Counted from the stretch's first letter, positions 10,066-19,388 are shown. The stretch is DNA of 40,914 bases from Candidatus Bathyarchaeota archaeon (GCA_030671315.1 DAOUZW010000001.1:1-40914); one strand, 5' to 3'. Notes: generated from the sequence alone by a model not told the origin. Made by a program: numbers and translations.

Positions 10066-11103
10066 ATGTTAAATCAACTAGAGTTGAGGCTGAAGTGCCT
10101 AGTATTGACTTTATCTTATAATTTTGAACTTGATAGAGTATTAAAAGAGATAAACAGACGTAATGCGAAACGAATTTTAATTCAGATCCCTGATGGACTA
10201 AAACCGCAAGCATTCACTCTTGCGACTACCATTGAAAAGAATGCAAAAACAAAGGTGTTCTTATCTGCAAGTCCTTGTTATGGTGGGTGCGACATAGCAA
10301 TAAATCAGGCAAAAATTCTGAATGTAGATTTAATAGTCCATTATGGTCATACGCCATTCCGATCCGAACTTGAAGTTCCTACAATATTTTTTTCGGCAAA
10401 GTCATTTCTTGATTTGAATTCTGTTCTCAAAAAAGCAGAGAATAAGCTAATTGGACATGATATTGGAATCGCTACAACTATTCAACATATAGATGAATTA
10501 ACAAGTGTGGAAAAACATCTAAAAAATTTAGGATTCAATGCGATAATCACTCCCAAGGAAGGTCACAGTTCATATTCAGGACAAATAATTGGATGTGATT
10601 ACACTCCACTGAAGAAGATATCAAATTATGTTGATTGCTTCTTTATTATTGGAAGTAAATTTCATAGTTTGGGCGCTTGTTTAGCTGTCAATAAACCAAT
10701 CATACAAGCAGATCCCTATACAAACGAGGTAATCGATTTGAAAGATATTAGAAAATCACTCATTGTTAGTCGATACACAGCTATTGAAAAAGCAAAGAAA
10801 TCAAATAACTTTGCAATATTGCTTAGTACAAAAGTCGGACAATATGATCCTAAAACAGCAGAGATGCTTAAGAAAGAGATTTCACGAAAAGAAAAGGACG
10901 TAATTATGATATCTGCAGATGAAATCTCACCTGACTCTCTGAGTAACTTTCAAGAAGTAGATATCTTCGTCAATACTGCCTGTCCCAGACTTGCTATTGA
11001 TGATGCGGCAAAATTCAATAACTCAATTCTATTGCCAAAAGAGATTCTTGTCGCTATAGGAAAAATGGAGTGGGAAAACCTACTCGATACTGGTATTCTC
11101 TAA
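10066..11103 (+). CDS. dph2: Diphthamide biosynthesis enzyme Dph2 (2-(3-amino-3-carboxypropyl)histidine synthase)
   Basis: YNFELDRVLKEI...ILIQIPDGLK, SPCYGGCD and HYGH motifs. Confidence 0.85.
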   Translation: MLNQLELRLKCLVLTLSYNFELDRVLKEINRRNAKRILIQIPDGLKPQAFTLATTIEKNAKTKVFLSASPCYGGCDIAINQAKILNVDLIVHYGHTPFRSELEVPTIFFSAKSFLDLNSVLKKAENKLIGHDIGIATTIQHIDELTSVEKHLKNLGFNAIITPKEGHSSYSGQIIGCDYTPLKKISNYVDCFFIIGSKFHSLGACLAVNKPIIQADPYTNEVIDLKDIRKSLIVSRYTAIEKAKKSNNFAILLSTKVGQYDPKTAEMLKKEISRKEKDVIMISADEISPDSLSNFQEVDIFVNTACPRLAIDDAAKFNNSILLPKEILVAIGKMEWENLLDTGIL

Positions 11104-11134
11104 ATTACATTTGAAATGGAGAAAATCATTACTA

Positions 11135-11752
11135 ATGATTCGGAGAAAAAAACTTGAAATTGTACTCGAGAAAATATCGTCCCATCCAAAACCTAAGTTC
11201 TGGCTTGAACAATATACTATCCCTTCTTTGACAGCTGCTGAGATGTTATCTATAGCGTCAGACATCCACGATAGTATAAAAGACAAAAACATAGTGGATC
11301 TTGGATGCGGGACCGGAAGACTTGCTATTGGGTCTTGTATTCTTGGAGCAGAAAAAGTTTTAGCCGTAGATATAGATCCCTTAGCCATAGAAATCGCTAA
11401 TAAAAATGCAAGATTATTGAAAGTTCAAAACAAAATATCTTGGATCAATTCCGATATTAGTGCAATACGAGGAGTATTTGATACCGCAATAATGAATCCA
11501 CCCTTCGGCACAAAGATTAGACATGCAGACAGCAGATTCCTGTTAAAAGCTCTATCAATTGCTAATGTTACGATTTCATTACATAAACGTACGACACGAA
11601 ATTACTTGATGAAATTTATTGAAAGTAAATCTGGAAAGATTGATGGGCTCTACGAAATGCAATTTAAGATACCTAAAACATATGCATTTCATAATAGGAA
11701 GAGTTACATTGTTGATGTTGATCTTTACATTATAAGTTTAAAAAATGCCTGA
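11135..11752 (+). CDS. METTL5-like class I SAM-dependent RNA (N6-adenine) methyltransferase
   Basis: LEQYTIP, DLGCGTGRLAIG and NPPFG motifs. ATG at 11135 is preferred over the upstream TTG. Confidence 0.7.
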   Translation: MIRRKKLEIVLEKISSHPKPKFWLEQYTIPSLTAAEMLSIASDIHDSIKDKNIVDLGCGTGRLAIGSCILGAEKVLAVDIDPLAIEIANKNARLLKVQNKISWINSDISAIRGVFDTAIMNPPFGTKIRHADSRFLLKALSIANVTISLHKRTTRNYLMKFIESKSGKIDGLYEMQFKIPKTYAFHNRKSYIVDVDLYIISLKNA

Positions 11753-11846
11753 ATTCTTATTGTTCTCCTATAACATAGTTTTTATAAGTACCCAAGATTA
11801 ACGAGGAGCGCAACAAGACTTAGAGCAAGGTCCAGGTAAATATCTA

Positions 11847-12401
11847 ATGTCTAACAAGACTGCCATTAAAGAAAAATTTGTAGTACCAGGCTCGAAAATA
11901 GGAGTTATCGAAGAATTTATCGCCGGCCAGGGCACATATGAAATAGATGGCGTCATATACTCACAGCGTATTGGAGACGCGAGAACAGACTCAAAGTACA
12001 GAACTGTTTCCATTAGACCAAAAATTTCACCAATTTATCCATTGGAAGGCGGGGAGATAATAGGGGTTGTAGAAGTTGTACAGGAAAAATTGGCCGTAAT
12101 AAAAATAATCAAAATTGGAAATAGTGTGCTTTCAAAACCATTCACTGGGTTTTTACATATCTCAGCATCAAGCCCTCAATACGCTAAGAACATGAGAGAG
12201 ATCTGTAAGCCAATGGATCGAATAAGAGCGAAGATCATAAGCACATCAGGTGGGATTATCAGACTAATGACTTCTGATCATAATTTAGGAGTGTTGAAAA
12301 CTTTCTGTTCAAATTGTGGATATCAACTATCATTAAAGAGAACAGTGTTAAAATGTGAGAGATGCAAAAATATTGAAAAGAGAAAATTAGCTCGAGATTA
12401 G
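11847..12401 (+). CDS. csl4: Exosome complex RNA-binding subunit Csl4
   Basis: N-terminal domain plus S1-like core plus a C-terminal zinc ribbon (CSNCG...CERC). It lies next to rpoL, as in many archaea. Confidence 0.8.
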   Translation: MSNKTAIKEKFVVPGSKIGVIEEFIAGQGTYEIDGVIYSQRIGDARTDSKYRTVSIRPKISPIYPLEGGEIIGVVEVVQEKLAVIKIIKIGNSVLSKPFTGFLHISASSPQYAKNMREICKPMDRIRAKIISTSGGIIRLMTSDHNLGVLKTFCSNCGYQLSLKRTVLKCERCKNIEKRKLARD

Positions 12402-12412
12402 TATTCATAGGA

Positions 12413-12709
12413 TTGGAGAATAGTTTGAGAATCAAAACAATTAAAAAAACAAAAGATGAATTAAAGTTAGAAATAGAAGGCGAAGGACACACCTTCTGTA
12501 ATCTACTTCAAAATACTTTAGTTGAAGATCGAAGCATAAAGAATGTTGGTTATGATACTCCACATCCATTAACTGAAAAATCAATAATCTATATCAAAGT
12601 AAAGAAAGATGGTAACCCTCAAAAAATACTCGAACGTGCATTAAAAAAAATAAATCAGAGAACAGACGAGTTTCTCTCAGAATTTAGAAAAGCTATAGGA
12701 ACAAAGTAA
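12413..12709 (+). CDS. rpoL: DNA-directed RNA polymerase subunit L (Rpo11)
   Basis: ...ELKLEIEGEGHTFCNLLQ... is the Rpo11 signature. TTG start at 12413 or 12425. Confidence 0.85.
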   Translation: MENSLRIKTIKKTKDELKLEIEGEGHTFCNLLQNTLVEDRSIKNVGYDTPHPLTEKSIIYIKVKKDGNPQKILERALKKINQRTDEFLSEFRKAIGTK

Positions 12710-13110
12710 TGTGCACAGGACTACTACAAAGAATTCTTACAGATAAAGGTCTTGCAAAGCTTGGTGATGCATATGTCAATTTCATATATTCTCTAGTACT
12801 TACCGAAATTGAAGGTAAACCTACAGGAATCAAAGTCAGTGACCGCATCTTAGCAGATGCAGCCAAGAAATCTGGCTTAAAAGATCTACTTGCTAAACGA
12901 ACCAGAAGAGATGATATCGCAAATGCAGTCGAAGCACTAATTGTATACGTATGGCGAGAAGAACTTATGAGAACAGAAGAAGCAATTGATATACTCAAAA
13001 AGAATCTAGATCCATGCACTGCATTTACTGATTTAACTTTAGAAGCCACAAGGAGAGTGATGACAAGAGACAAAAATCACGGTCGATTAAAACTGACTGA
13101 CAAGAATTAA
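12709..13110 (+). CDS. Stand-alone RNase III-domain-like protein (no dsRBD), with partly substituted catalytic acidic residues
   Basis: LAKLGDAYVNFIYSLVL resembles the RNase III signature (ETLEFLGDALVNFFIV in Aquifex). DDIANAVEALIVYVW resembles the second motif (IGDVFEALWAAVYID). The ATG overlaps the rpoL stop (TAATG). Confidence 0.5.
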   Translation: MCTGLLQRILTDKGLAKLGDAYVNFIYSLVLTEIEGKPTGIKVSDRILADAAKKSGLKDLLAKRTRRDDIANAVEALIVYVWREELMRTEEAIDILKKNLDPCTAFTDLTLEATRRVMTRDKNHGRLKLTDKN

Positions 13111-13146
13111 TGACTAAGCCTTAATGATTATCAATGGTCAAAGATC

Positions 13147-13746
13147 TTGCTGACACCTATACCTCATGTAGATAAAAAGGGAATAAGAGTTCTAGGAATC
13201 TCAGAGAGCTTCATAAAAAATAAGAGTAAAAAATCCATTTTAACTGGTTTAATAATGCGTGCAGATCTGATAATAGATGGATTTTCTTTTTCGAAAACAA
13301 CGGTAGGGGGGATGGATGCAACAGAATGTGTTTTGGAGATCTACCAGAAACTTGGGAGAGAAGACATCAATCTTGTTTTTCTGAATGGATGTGTTATCAG
13401 CTGGTTTAATATCATAGATTTAAAAAGAGTTTATAGAGATATAGCGCGACCTATCATTTGTATTACTTATGAAAAATCAGAAGGTCTGGAAAAATATCTT
13501 ACTGAATATTTTAGTCCCAAGGCAGAAGATAGAATTGCTAAATACAAAGAAAATGGTGAGAGAGAAGAATTTAAGCTACATACAGGAAAGAAAATTTTCG
13601 CCAGGTATCTAGGACTGGATAGAAAAGATACTATTCAGGCCCTCAATAAATTTACCTTACATGGAAGCATTCCAGAACCATTAAGGGTTGCACGGCTACT
13701 TGCTAGAACATTAGTTCATCAAATGCCCGAGACAATATTAAAATAA
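13147..13746 (+). CDS. DUF99/UPF0215 protein (endonuclease V-like fold family)
   Basis: KKGIRVLGISESF...DGFSFSKTTVGGMDAT...VFLNGCVISWFNIID matches the DUF99 pattern. A TTG start is required. Confidence 0.65.
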   Translation: MLTPIPHVDKKGIRVLGISESFIKNKSKKSILTGLIMRADLIIDGFSFSKTTVGGMDATECVLEIYQKLGREDINLVFLNGCVISWFNIIDLKRVYRDIARPIICITYEKSEGLEKYLTEYFSPKAEDRIAKYKENGEREEFKLHTGKKIFARYLGLDRKDTIQALNKFTLHGSIPEPLRVARLLARTLVHQMPETILK

Positions 13747-13825
13747 AGTTACATTCAGGTCACAATACTCAAGTAATCCTTAAATTCTTCTTATTAAGTA
13801 ATGGCACGGACGGTTGCTCCAAAAA

Positions 13826-14149
13826 ATGAATTTTTGTCCTAACTGTGGAACGACTCTGATACCCACAAAGAAAGAAAATAAAGTTGTTATAGTATGTCCC
13901 AAATGCAATTATGAAACAAAGAAAGGGGCAAAAGAAGTATCGAAAATAAAACATGATAAAGAGAAGATAATAGTCATCGGAAAAGAAGAACAAAAAATTC
14001 GAACCCTACCAAAGACTTCTGCTGTATGTCCAAAATGTGGTCATCCAGAGGCATTCTACTGGCTTGTTCAGACACGGGGGGCCGATGAATCATCAACTCA
14101 ATTCTTAAGATGTACTCGCTGTGCATCTACATGGCGTGAAATGTCATAA
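13826..14149 (+). CDS. tfs: Transcription factor S (TFS, TFIIS/RpoM-type)
   Basis: Two zinc ribbons (FCPNCG...CPKC and CPKCG...CTRC) and the QTRGADE acidic-loop motif. Confidence 0.9.
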   Translation: MNFCPNCGTTLIPTKKENKVVIVCPKCNYETKKGAKEVSKIKHDKEKIIVIGKEEQKIRTLPKTSAVCPKCGHPEAFYWLVQTRGADESSTQFLRCTRCASTWREMS

Positions 14150-14212
14150 ATAAACCGAAATTGAGAAGAGTCTGTTCTATGAAATAGAATAAAGAATTAC
14201 TGTGGGATAATT

Positions 14213-14968
14213 GTGTTTAAAGCTGTAGTTCAAGATGCAAAGATTTGGAAAAACCTCTTAACGGCCATATCTACCTTGATTGAAGAAGCTGATTTTAATA
14301 CGTCGGAAGATGGATTGAAGTTAAGATCGATGGATCCATCTCATGTCGCGATGGTAGATTTTGAATGGTCAAAAGAAGCTTTTGAGGAATACGTTTGCGA
14401 CAAGCCTACAAATATCAGGGTTAATATCACTACAATGCTAAAACTCTTGAGAAGAAGTAAGAGTGAAGAAAGTTTAGAGATATCTTATGATGAGGAACGC
14501 AAGAAAGTAGATCTAACTCTACGAGGTAAAATTTTAAAAAAATTCACAATGCCAACACTTGAATCTGTTGAGGAGGAAGTCCCTACACCCAAGTTATCTT
14601 TTAATGCCCGAGTAAAATTAATGTCTGAAACTTTGAAAGAAATTGTAGAAGATAGTGAAACTGTTAGTGACAATATCAGTTTCAAAGCAAAGGAAGATAA
14701 ACTGTTTGTTAAAGCCAGCTCCGAATTAAGTAATGTTGGCATGGAATTGAGTAAAACCGATGGAGCTCTGCTAGAATTGGACATTAAGGAAGACTCTGAT
14801 GCTACATTCAACCTTAACTATTTTGGCGAGATGGTAAAGGCTGGATCCGCTACTTCAGAAGTAGCCACCATAGAATTCTCAACCAATATGCCAATAAGAC
14901 TTGAATTCGAAATGTCACAACAAGGTAAACTAATGTATTATTTGGCACCCCGTATAGAGGCAGAGTAA
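14213..14968 (+). CDS. pcn: DNA polymerase sliding clamp PCNA
   Basis: MFKAVVQDAKIWKNLL... N-terminus, 251 aa, typical two-domain clamp sequence. GTG start. Confidence 0.9.
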   Translation: MFKAVVQDAKIWKNLLTAISTLIEEADFNTSEDGLKLRSMDPSHVAMVDFEWSKEAFEEYVCDKPTNIRVNITTMLKLLRRSKSEESLEISYDEERKKVDLTLRGKILKKFTMPTLESVEEEVPTPKLSFNARVKLMSETLKEIVEDSETVSDNISFKAKEDKLFVKASSELSNVGMELSKTDGALLELDIKEDSDATFNLNYFGEMVKAGSATSEVATIEFSTNMPIRLEFEMSQQGKLMYYLAPRIEAE

Positions 14969-14977
14969 GAATCTTAA

Positions 14978-16006
14978 ATGATCTCAGAACGAGATAAAGC
15001 AAGATACCCATTTACAACTGAATCTGCAGATTATGTAAAAAAGCTAAGAATAGAAGTAGCCGATTTAATAACAGAACCTTATAAGCCGATTCTTAAGAGA
15101 GCAGAAGAAAGAATCAGACTAGCGTTACTCAAACCTGATGATCTTGCACCTCAGGAACATGATCCAAGCATAGAGATCCTGTCTTTTCCAACATCCATCA
15201 TGTTGATGGCTTATATCGATAATGAAAATGTTAAAAGGCGGTATGCTGTTGCTGAGTCGAAGGGTTTCTCTAAGAAGCTCAAAACCGAATCCTTAGAAAA
15301 AGTAATTGAAATAGCTCAGGGAACATATTATTGGAATATCAAATCGAAAGGTCAGAATCTAAGAGAAACGTATGAAATCTTCTTACATTTCATAGATTAT
15401 ATAAAGAATATCAAGAATATGAATGATCTTAAATGGAAACTGACAAATCGTTATCTTAAAGATGGTTATGTAGAAATAACTAAGAATGAAGCAACACGTT
15501 TAATCGAAGAAGAGATACAAAGGAAGATACTTAAAAAGACTAAAAATAGAAAAGTTGAACCTCCTAAAGCTCTCAAAGAGATTTTAGAAACTATAAAACT
15601 CATAACTATGGAAAAAACTGTATTCGAGACTTTTGACACACCATCGGGAATTAAAGTTGAGAATATGCCACCATGTATTAAGAAATTGTTTGATAGTCTG
15701 TCTGCTGGTGGGAGACTTTCACATCTTGGAAGATTTACATTAACTTCCTTTCTAGTAAATACAGGAGCCACAGAAGAAGATGTTATGAACTTTTTTAAAT
15801 CTGCATCAGACTTTGATGAAAATAAAACAAAGTATCAGATTGAACATATAAGCGGAAGAAAAGGTGGTAAAACTAAATATAAACCACCAAAATGTGATAC
15901 TCTTAAGACTCATGGATTATGTTTCTCACCTGATGAAATCTGTAACAGAATAGTACATCCACTAACATATTACAGGTTGAAGATGAAGGCCTTAAAAAAG
16001 AAATAA
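14978..16006 (+). CDS. priL: DNA primase large subunit PriL
   Basis: Fe-S cysteines are present (PPCIKKL..., PPKCDTLKTHGLCFSPDEIC). It sits between PCNA and PriS. Confidence 0.85.
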   Translation: MISERDKARYPFTTESADYVKKLRIEVADLITEPYKPILKRAEERIRLALLKPDDLAPQEHDPSIEILSFPTSIMLMAYIDNENVKRRYAVAESKGFSKKLKTESLEKVIEIAQGTYYWNIKSKGQNLRETYEIFLHFIDYIKNIKNMNDLKWKLTNRYLKDGYVEITKNEATRLIEEEIQRKILKKTKNRKVEPPKALKEILETIKLITMEKTVFETFDTPSGIKVENMPPCIKKLFDSLSAGGRLSHLGRFTLTSFLVNTGATEEDVMNFFKSASDFDENKTKYQIEHISGRKGGKTKYKPPKCDTLKTHGLCFSPDEICNRIVHPLTYYRLKMKALKKK

Positions 16007-16138
16007 ATCCCTTTTATTAAAGTTAAGAACTTTTCAAATGACAGATAAGAAATAAATCACAATAGTATAAAAATAATTAATTTAATTCATCTTAGACCAC
16101 TAATATTTAGGTTCAAGATCTAAAAGCAGACGAATGAT

Positions 16139-17392
16139 ATGAACAGTTTAAAAGATTTCAAGAAAATAACTCAAACATTCATAAGAAGTAAATTCTCTGA
16201 GTATTATATCAAAAATAAGAATAACATACTGGCTCCTAGCTCGATAGAAAGTAGAGAGTTTGGATTCTTTTTATTTGCCGAAAATATTGTGATAAGACAT
16301 AAAACCTTCCAAAAAACTTCAGAGTTGAGAAATTTTATTACCAATATTGTACCATCAGATGTCTATCATTCTGCTGCTTACTATAATGACCCAGAAGCTC
16401 CTATGGATAAGAAAGGGTGGAAAGGTTCAGATCTCATATTTGATATAGATGCTGATCATATAGAAACTGAATGCAAGAAGAAACATGACACATGGTCATG
16501 CATCGATTGTAAATTCTCAGGTCTTGGTAAACCTCCTCAGTCCTGCTCCAAATGTGGTGGATTTAAATTCAATCAAAGTACGTGGATGTGTAATCATTGT
16601 TTAGAAAAAGCAAAAGAAGAAATTTTAAAATTAATAGACCTGATCCACCTGGATTTTGGAATAAACCTTGAAAATATACGAGTAAATTTTTCCGGTCATA
16701 GAGGATATCACCTCCATGTTGATTCCCAGCAAATAAGAAATCTTGACACAGAAGATAGGAAAGAAATAGTAGATTACATAGTAGGTACTGGATTAGACAC
16801 AAATCTACTTGATATATGGGATACAAGTGGAAAGATAAAATCAATTGGTGGTCTTAGTCCTAATGACCCTGGATGGAGGGGTAGATTAGCCAAACGAATT
16901 ATTCGAATATTTTCTGATTCAGATAAAGAAACGTTAAAGAGTATAGGATTGAAACCTCAAGCGATAGATTCTATTTTGAAATTACAAATGTACAATAGTA
17001 ATACAAATCAAGATACTAGTTGGAGAATGATCAAAGGAACTGGTAAACATACATGGAATATTCTAATTCAGAAGGCGATTGCAACGGAATCGGTCGGAAT
17101 AGATACTGTTGTAACAACTGATATTCATAGATTAATTAGGGTTGCAGGTACTCTTAACGGTAAGACTGGTCTCAAAGCAATGAAGATAGAAATTGAAGAA
17201 CTTCCTGAATTCAATCCATTCAAGCAAGCTATTGCTTTTGATGGCTATGAAACAATACACATTGAAGAAGCCCCAAGATTCATACTTGGTGATCAAGAGT
17301 ATGGTCCATATAAAAACGTGAATGAAAAACTCCCACGTTCGGCAGCTTTACTTCTTCTATGTAAAAAAAGAGCTTATCCGGTGAGGAATTGA
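16139..17392 (+). CDS. priS: DNA primase small (catalytic) subunit PriS
   Basis: Catalytic DLIFDIDADH and FSGHRGYHLHV motifs plus a zinc-binding insert (CIDC...CSKC...CNHC). At 417 aa it is longer than most archaeal PriS proteins I recall. Confidence 0.9.
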   Translation: MNSLKDFKKITQTFIRSKFSEYYIKNKNNILAPSSIESREFGFFLFAENIVIRHKTFQKTSELRNFITNIVPSDVYHSAAYYNDPEAPMDKKGWKGSDLIFDIDADHIETECKKKHDTWSCIDCKFSGLGKPPQSCSKCGGFKFNQSTWMCNHCLEKAKEEILKLIDLIHLDFGINLENIRVNFSGHRGYHLHVDSQQIRNLDTEDRKEIVDYIVGTGLDTNLLDIWDTSGKIKSIGGLSPNDPGWRGRLAKRIIRIFSDSDKETLKSIGLKPQAIDSILKLQMYNSNTNQDTSWRMIKGTGKHTWNILIQKAIATESVGIDTVVTTDIHRLIRVAGTLNGKTGLKAMKIEIEELPEFNPFKQAIAFDGYETIHIEEAPRFILGDQEYGPYKNVNEKLPRSAALLLLCKKRAYPVRN

Positions 17393-17946
17393 TGTATGAA
17401 AAACTTTATGAAACATGGCGGCAAGAGGTGTTTGACAAAGACGAATTGCACCAATTAGAACCGAGTTTTTTTAATGATATAGCCCAATATCTGAAAAAAT
17501 TACTTGAAGAATTAAGAATACTAGATAATAAAACTCTAAAATATCGAATTCTCAATATCGAGCTTGAAAAAGCTCAGAAATTCACACTATCAATTCTTGA
17601 AAAAAGGATTGAAAAAATTCTAGATACAGTTCTTGATAAAAGAAACATTTCACAGAATCATCTTTCGAATGAAGAGATTGAAATATACGAGACAGTTACT
17701 AAAATTATAGATCAATATGAAAATATAAAAACAGTAATTCTAGAGGGAAAAAGTATAGATTCCAGTCTTTCATCAACAAAAAAACACGAAAGAATTCTTA
17801 TTAGATTCATGACCAAGATTCCATTAATAGTTGGAGTTGATATGAAGAATTATGGACCTTTTGAACCTGAAGATATTGCAACCCTACCCAGAGAAAATGC
17901 TGAAGCCCTAATTCGACAAAAAGCTGCATTAGAAATAAGAATATGA
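17392..17946 (+). CDS. gins51: GINS complex subunit, Gins51/Gins15 type
   Basis: Helical N-terminal domain and a C-terminal beta domain (ILIRFMTKIPLIVGVDMKNYGPFEPEDIATLPRENAEALI). The ATG overlaps the priS stop (TGATG). The PriS-Gins15 linkage is known from Sulfolobus. Confidence 0.75.
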   Translation: MYEKLYETWRQEVFDKDELHQLEPSFFNDIAQYLKKLLEELRILDNKTLKYRILNIELEKAQKFTLSILEKRIEKILDTVLDKRNISQNHLSNEEIEIYETVTKIIDQYENIKTVILEGKSIDSSLSSTKKHERILIRFMTKIPLIVGVDMKNYGPFEPEDIATLPRENAEALIRQKAALEIRI

Positions 17947-18069
17947 TGGTAGATCCAACAGAAGTTTTCAGCCAGAATTAATAATCTTACTCCAACATAT
18001 TACTCTCAGTAAAAATGAATAAATAGAAGACTTAGAGGTGTTACTATGCCTCGGCTTGGTGCGTAATAT

Positions 18070-18348
18070 ATGAAAATGATGAAAGAACTCAATAAATTCT
18101 GTCCCAAATGTAAGCATCATACTGCCCATGCTATCTCCCTCTATAAGAAAGGCCGAGAAAGAGCATTGGCTGGAGGAGTAAGAAGACATGAACGAGAGAA
18201 ACATGGGTATGGGGGACAAAAATGGCCTGAATTAAAACGCACAGCAAAGACTACAAAGAAACAAGTTTTGAAGTATCGATGCAAAAAATGTAGTTATACA
18301 GTTCAAAGGGCTGGGATTAGATTACGAAAATTAGAGTTTGGAGCTTGA
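18070..18348 (+). CDS. rpl44e: 50S ribosomal protein L44e (eL42)
   Basis: MKMMKELNKFCPKCKHHTAH...CKKCSY. Confidence 0.92.
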   Translation: MKMMKELNKFCPKCKHHTAHAISLYKKGRERALAGGVRRHEREKHGYGGQKWPELKRTAKTTKKQVLKYRCKKCSYTVQRAGIRLRKLEFGA

Positions 18349-18353
18349 GAATA

Positions 18354-18548
18354 ATGGTGAAGAAAGGCATTATCCCAAAACCTGAAAGTCGTTTTCTCCA
18401 AGTACGTTGTTCAAAATGCTCTAATGAACAAATAGTATTCGATAGATCCTCAATAATAATTAACTGCAATGTATGTGACGAAGTCATCTCTGAACCCTCT
18501 GGTGGAAAAGCGTCGATAAAAGGTGAAATTTTACAGAACTTAACTTAG
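18354..18548 (+). CDS. rps27e: 30S ribosomal protein S27e
   Basis: IPKPESRFLQVRCSKCSNEQIVF...CNVCDE. ATG at 18354 is preferred. TAG stop at 18546..18548. Confidence 0.92.
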   Translation: MVKKGIIPKPESRFLQVRCSKCSNEQIVFDRSSIIINCNVCDEVISEPSGGKASIKGEILQNLT

Positions 18549-18644
18549 GAGGAGAACAGTATCTCCACACAAAAAAATCCTGAATCCGGTGATAAGGAAG
18601 AGAATAGTATCTCCACACAAGAATATCCTGAATTCGGTGATATA
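18549..18644 (+). repeat. Tandem direct repeat, 2 x 48 bp (18549..18596 and 18597..18644), 41/48 identical, in frame with aIF2-alpha
   Basis: Hand alignment: gaggagaacagtatctccacacaaaaaaatcctgaatccggtgataag versus gaagagaatagtatctccacacaagaatatcctgaattcggtgatata. These encode EENSISTQKNPESGDK and EENSISTQEYPEFGDI. Confidence 0.9.
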
Positions 18645-18656
18645 GTAATAGCCACT

Positions 18657-19388
18657 GTGACAAGAATTTCAGATTATGGCGCTTACGTTAAGCTTGACGA
18701 ATATAATGATAAAGAAGCTTTGGTACATATATCAGAGATGGCCACCACATGGGTCAGGAATATAAGAAATCATGCAAGAGAAGGACAAAAATTAGTCCTT
18801 AAAGTTCTTAGAGTAAACGCACAGAAAGGACAGATCGATCTCTCTCTTAGGAGAGTTACAGGTAGAGATAAAACAGATAAACTGCTTGACTGGAAAAAGA
18901 GTAAGAGAGCTGACTCAATTTTAGGTCTAGCTGCAGAAAAGATAGGTTCAGACTCAAAAAAGGTCGACGAGATAAAGACCAAGATATTTGAAAAGTACCC
19001 CAACACTTTCACTGCTCTAGAGATTTCTGTAGAAAAAGGAGAAAAAACATTCAAGGATTTAGATATCGAAGCTGATTGGGCTTCAACTTTAACTGAACTT
19101 GCAAACCAAAAGATCAAAATAGACACAGCGACCGTGAAAGGTACAATAGAGGTTTCCAGTACAAATACAACTGGAGTAGATGATGTAAAAAAAGCATTAA
19201 TTAATGCAAAAAAAGTTGAGGAGCCCAGCGGTACTCAAATTAATGTGTACACTATTGGAGCTCCTAAATATAGAGTTGAAATTACTGCAAAAAATTATTC
19301 CATCGCTGAGAAAACACTTGAGGCAGCTACAAACGAAGCGATAAAAACAATAAAGAGTCTAGGTGGAACAGGACACAAGATAAATTGA
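18657..19388 (+). CDS. eif2a: Translation initiation factor 2 alpha subunit (aIF2-alpha). The 5' boundary is unresolved and the true start probably lies upstream, within 18549..18626.
   Basis: S1 domain (DYGAYVKLDEY...HISEMATTWVRNIRNH). The conserved N-terminal EYPEFGDIVIATV segment is encoded upstream of the first canonical start (GTG 18657). Confidence 0.85.
   Translation: MTRISDYGAYVKLDEYNDKEALVHISEMATTWVRNIRNHAREGQKLVLKVLRVNAQKGQIDLSLRRVTGRDKTDKLLDWKKSKRADSILGLAAEKIGSDSKKVDEIKTKIFEKYPNTFTALEISVEKGEKTFKDLDIEADWASTLTELANQKIKIDTATVKGTIEVSSTNTTGVDDVKKALINAKKVEEPSGTQINVYTIGAPKYRVEITAKNYSIAEKTLEAATNEAIKTIKSLGGTGHKIN

Noticed and set aside
12693-13073. Long antisense ORFs from the track. Examples: 12693..13073 (126 aa), 18770..19126 (118 aa), 5606..5962 (118 aa), 14485..14811 (108 aa), 4922..5257 (111 aa), 11080..11388, 15466..15771, 23763..24065 and 28388..28690.
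   Set aside because: Each lies opposite a gene with clear family motifs. Their products are Ser/Leu/Phe/Ile-rich low-information sequences, as expected from the reverse complement of purine-rich (RNY) coding DNA. None has a recognisable motif.
18546-18548. TAG readthrough or pyrrolysine recoding that would fuse S27e to aIF2-alpha, since the two are in the same frame
   Set aside because: TAG is used as an ordinary stop by several other genes in the window (rpoF, ksgA, csl4, nop10). No Pyl machinery is visible. An eS27-aIF2alpha fusion has no precedent that I know of. I kept only the start-codon anomaly as a finding.
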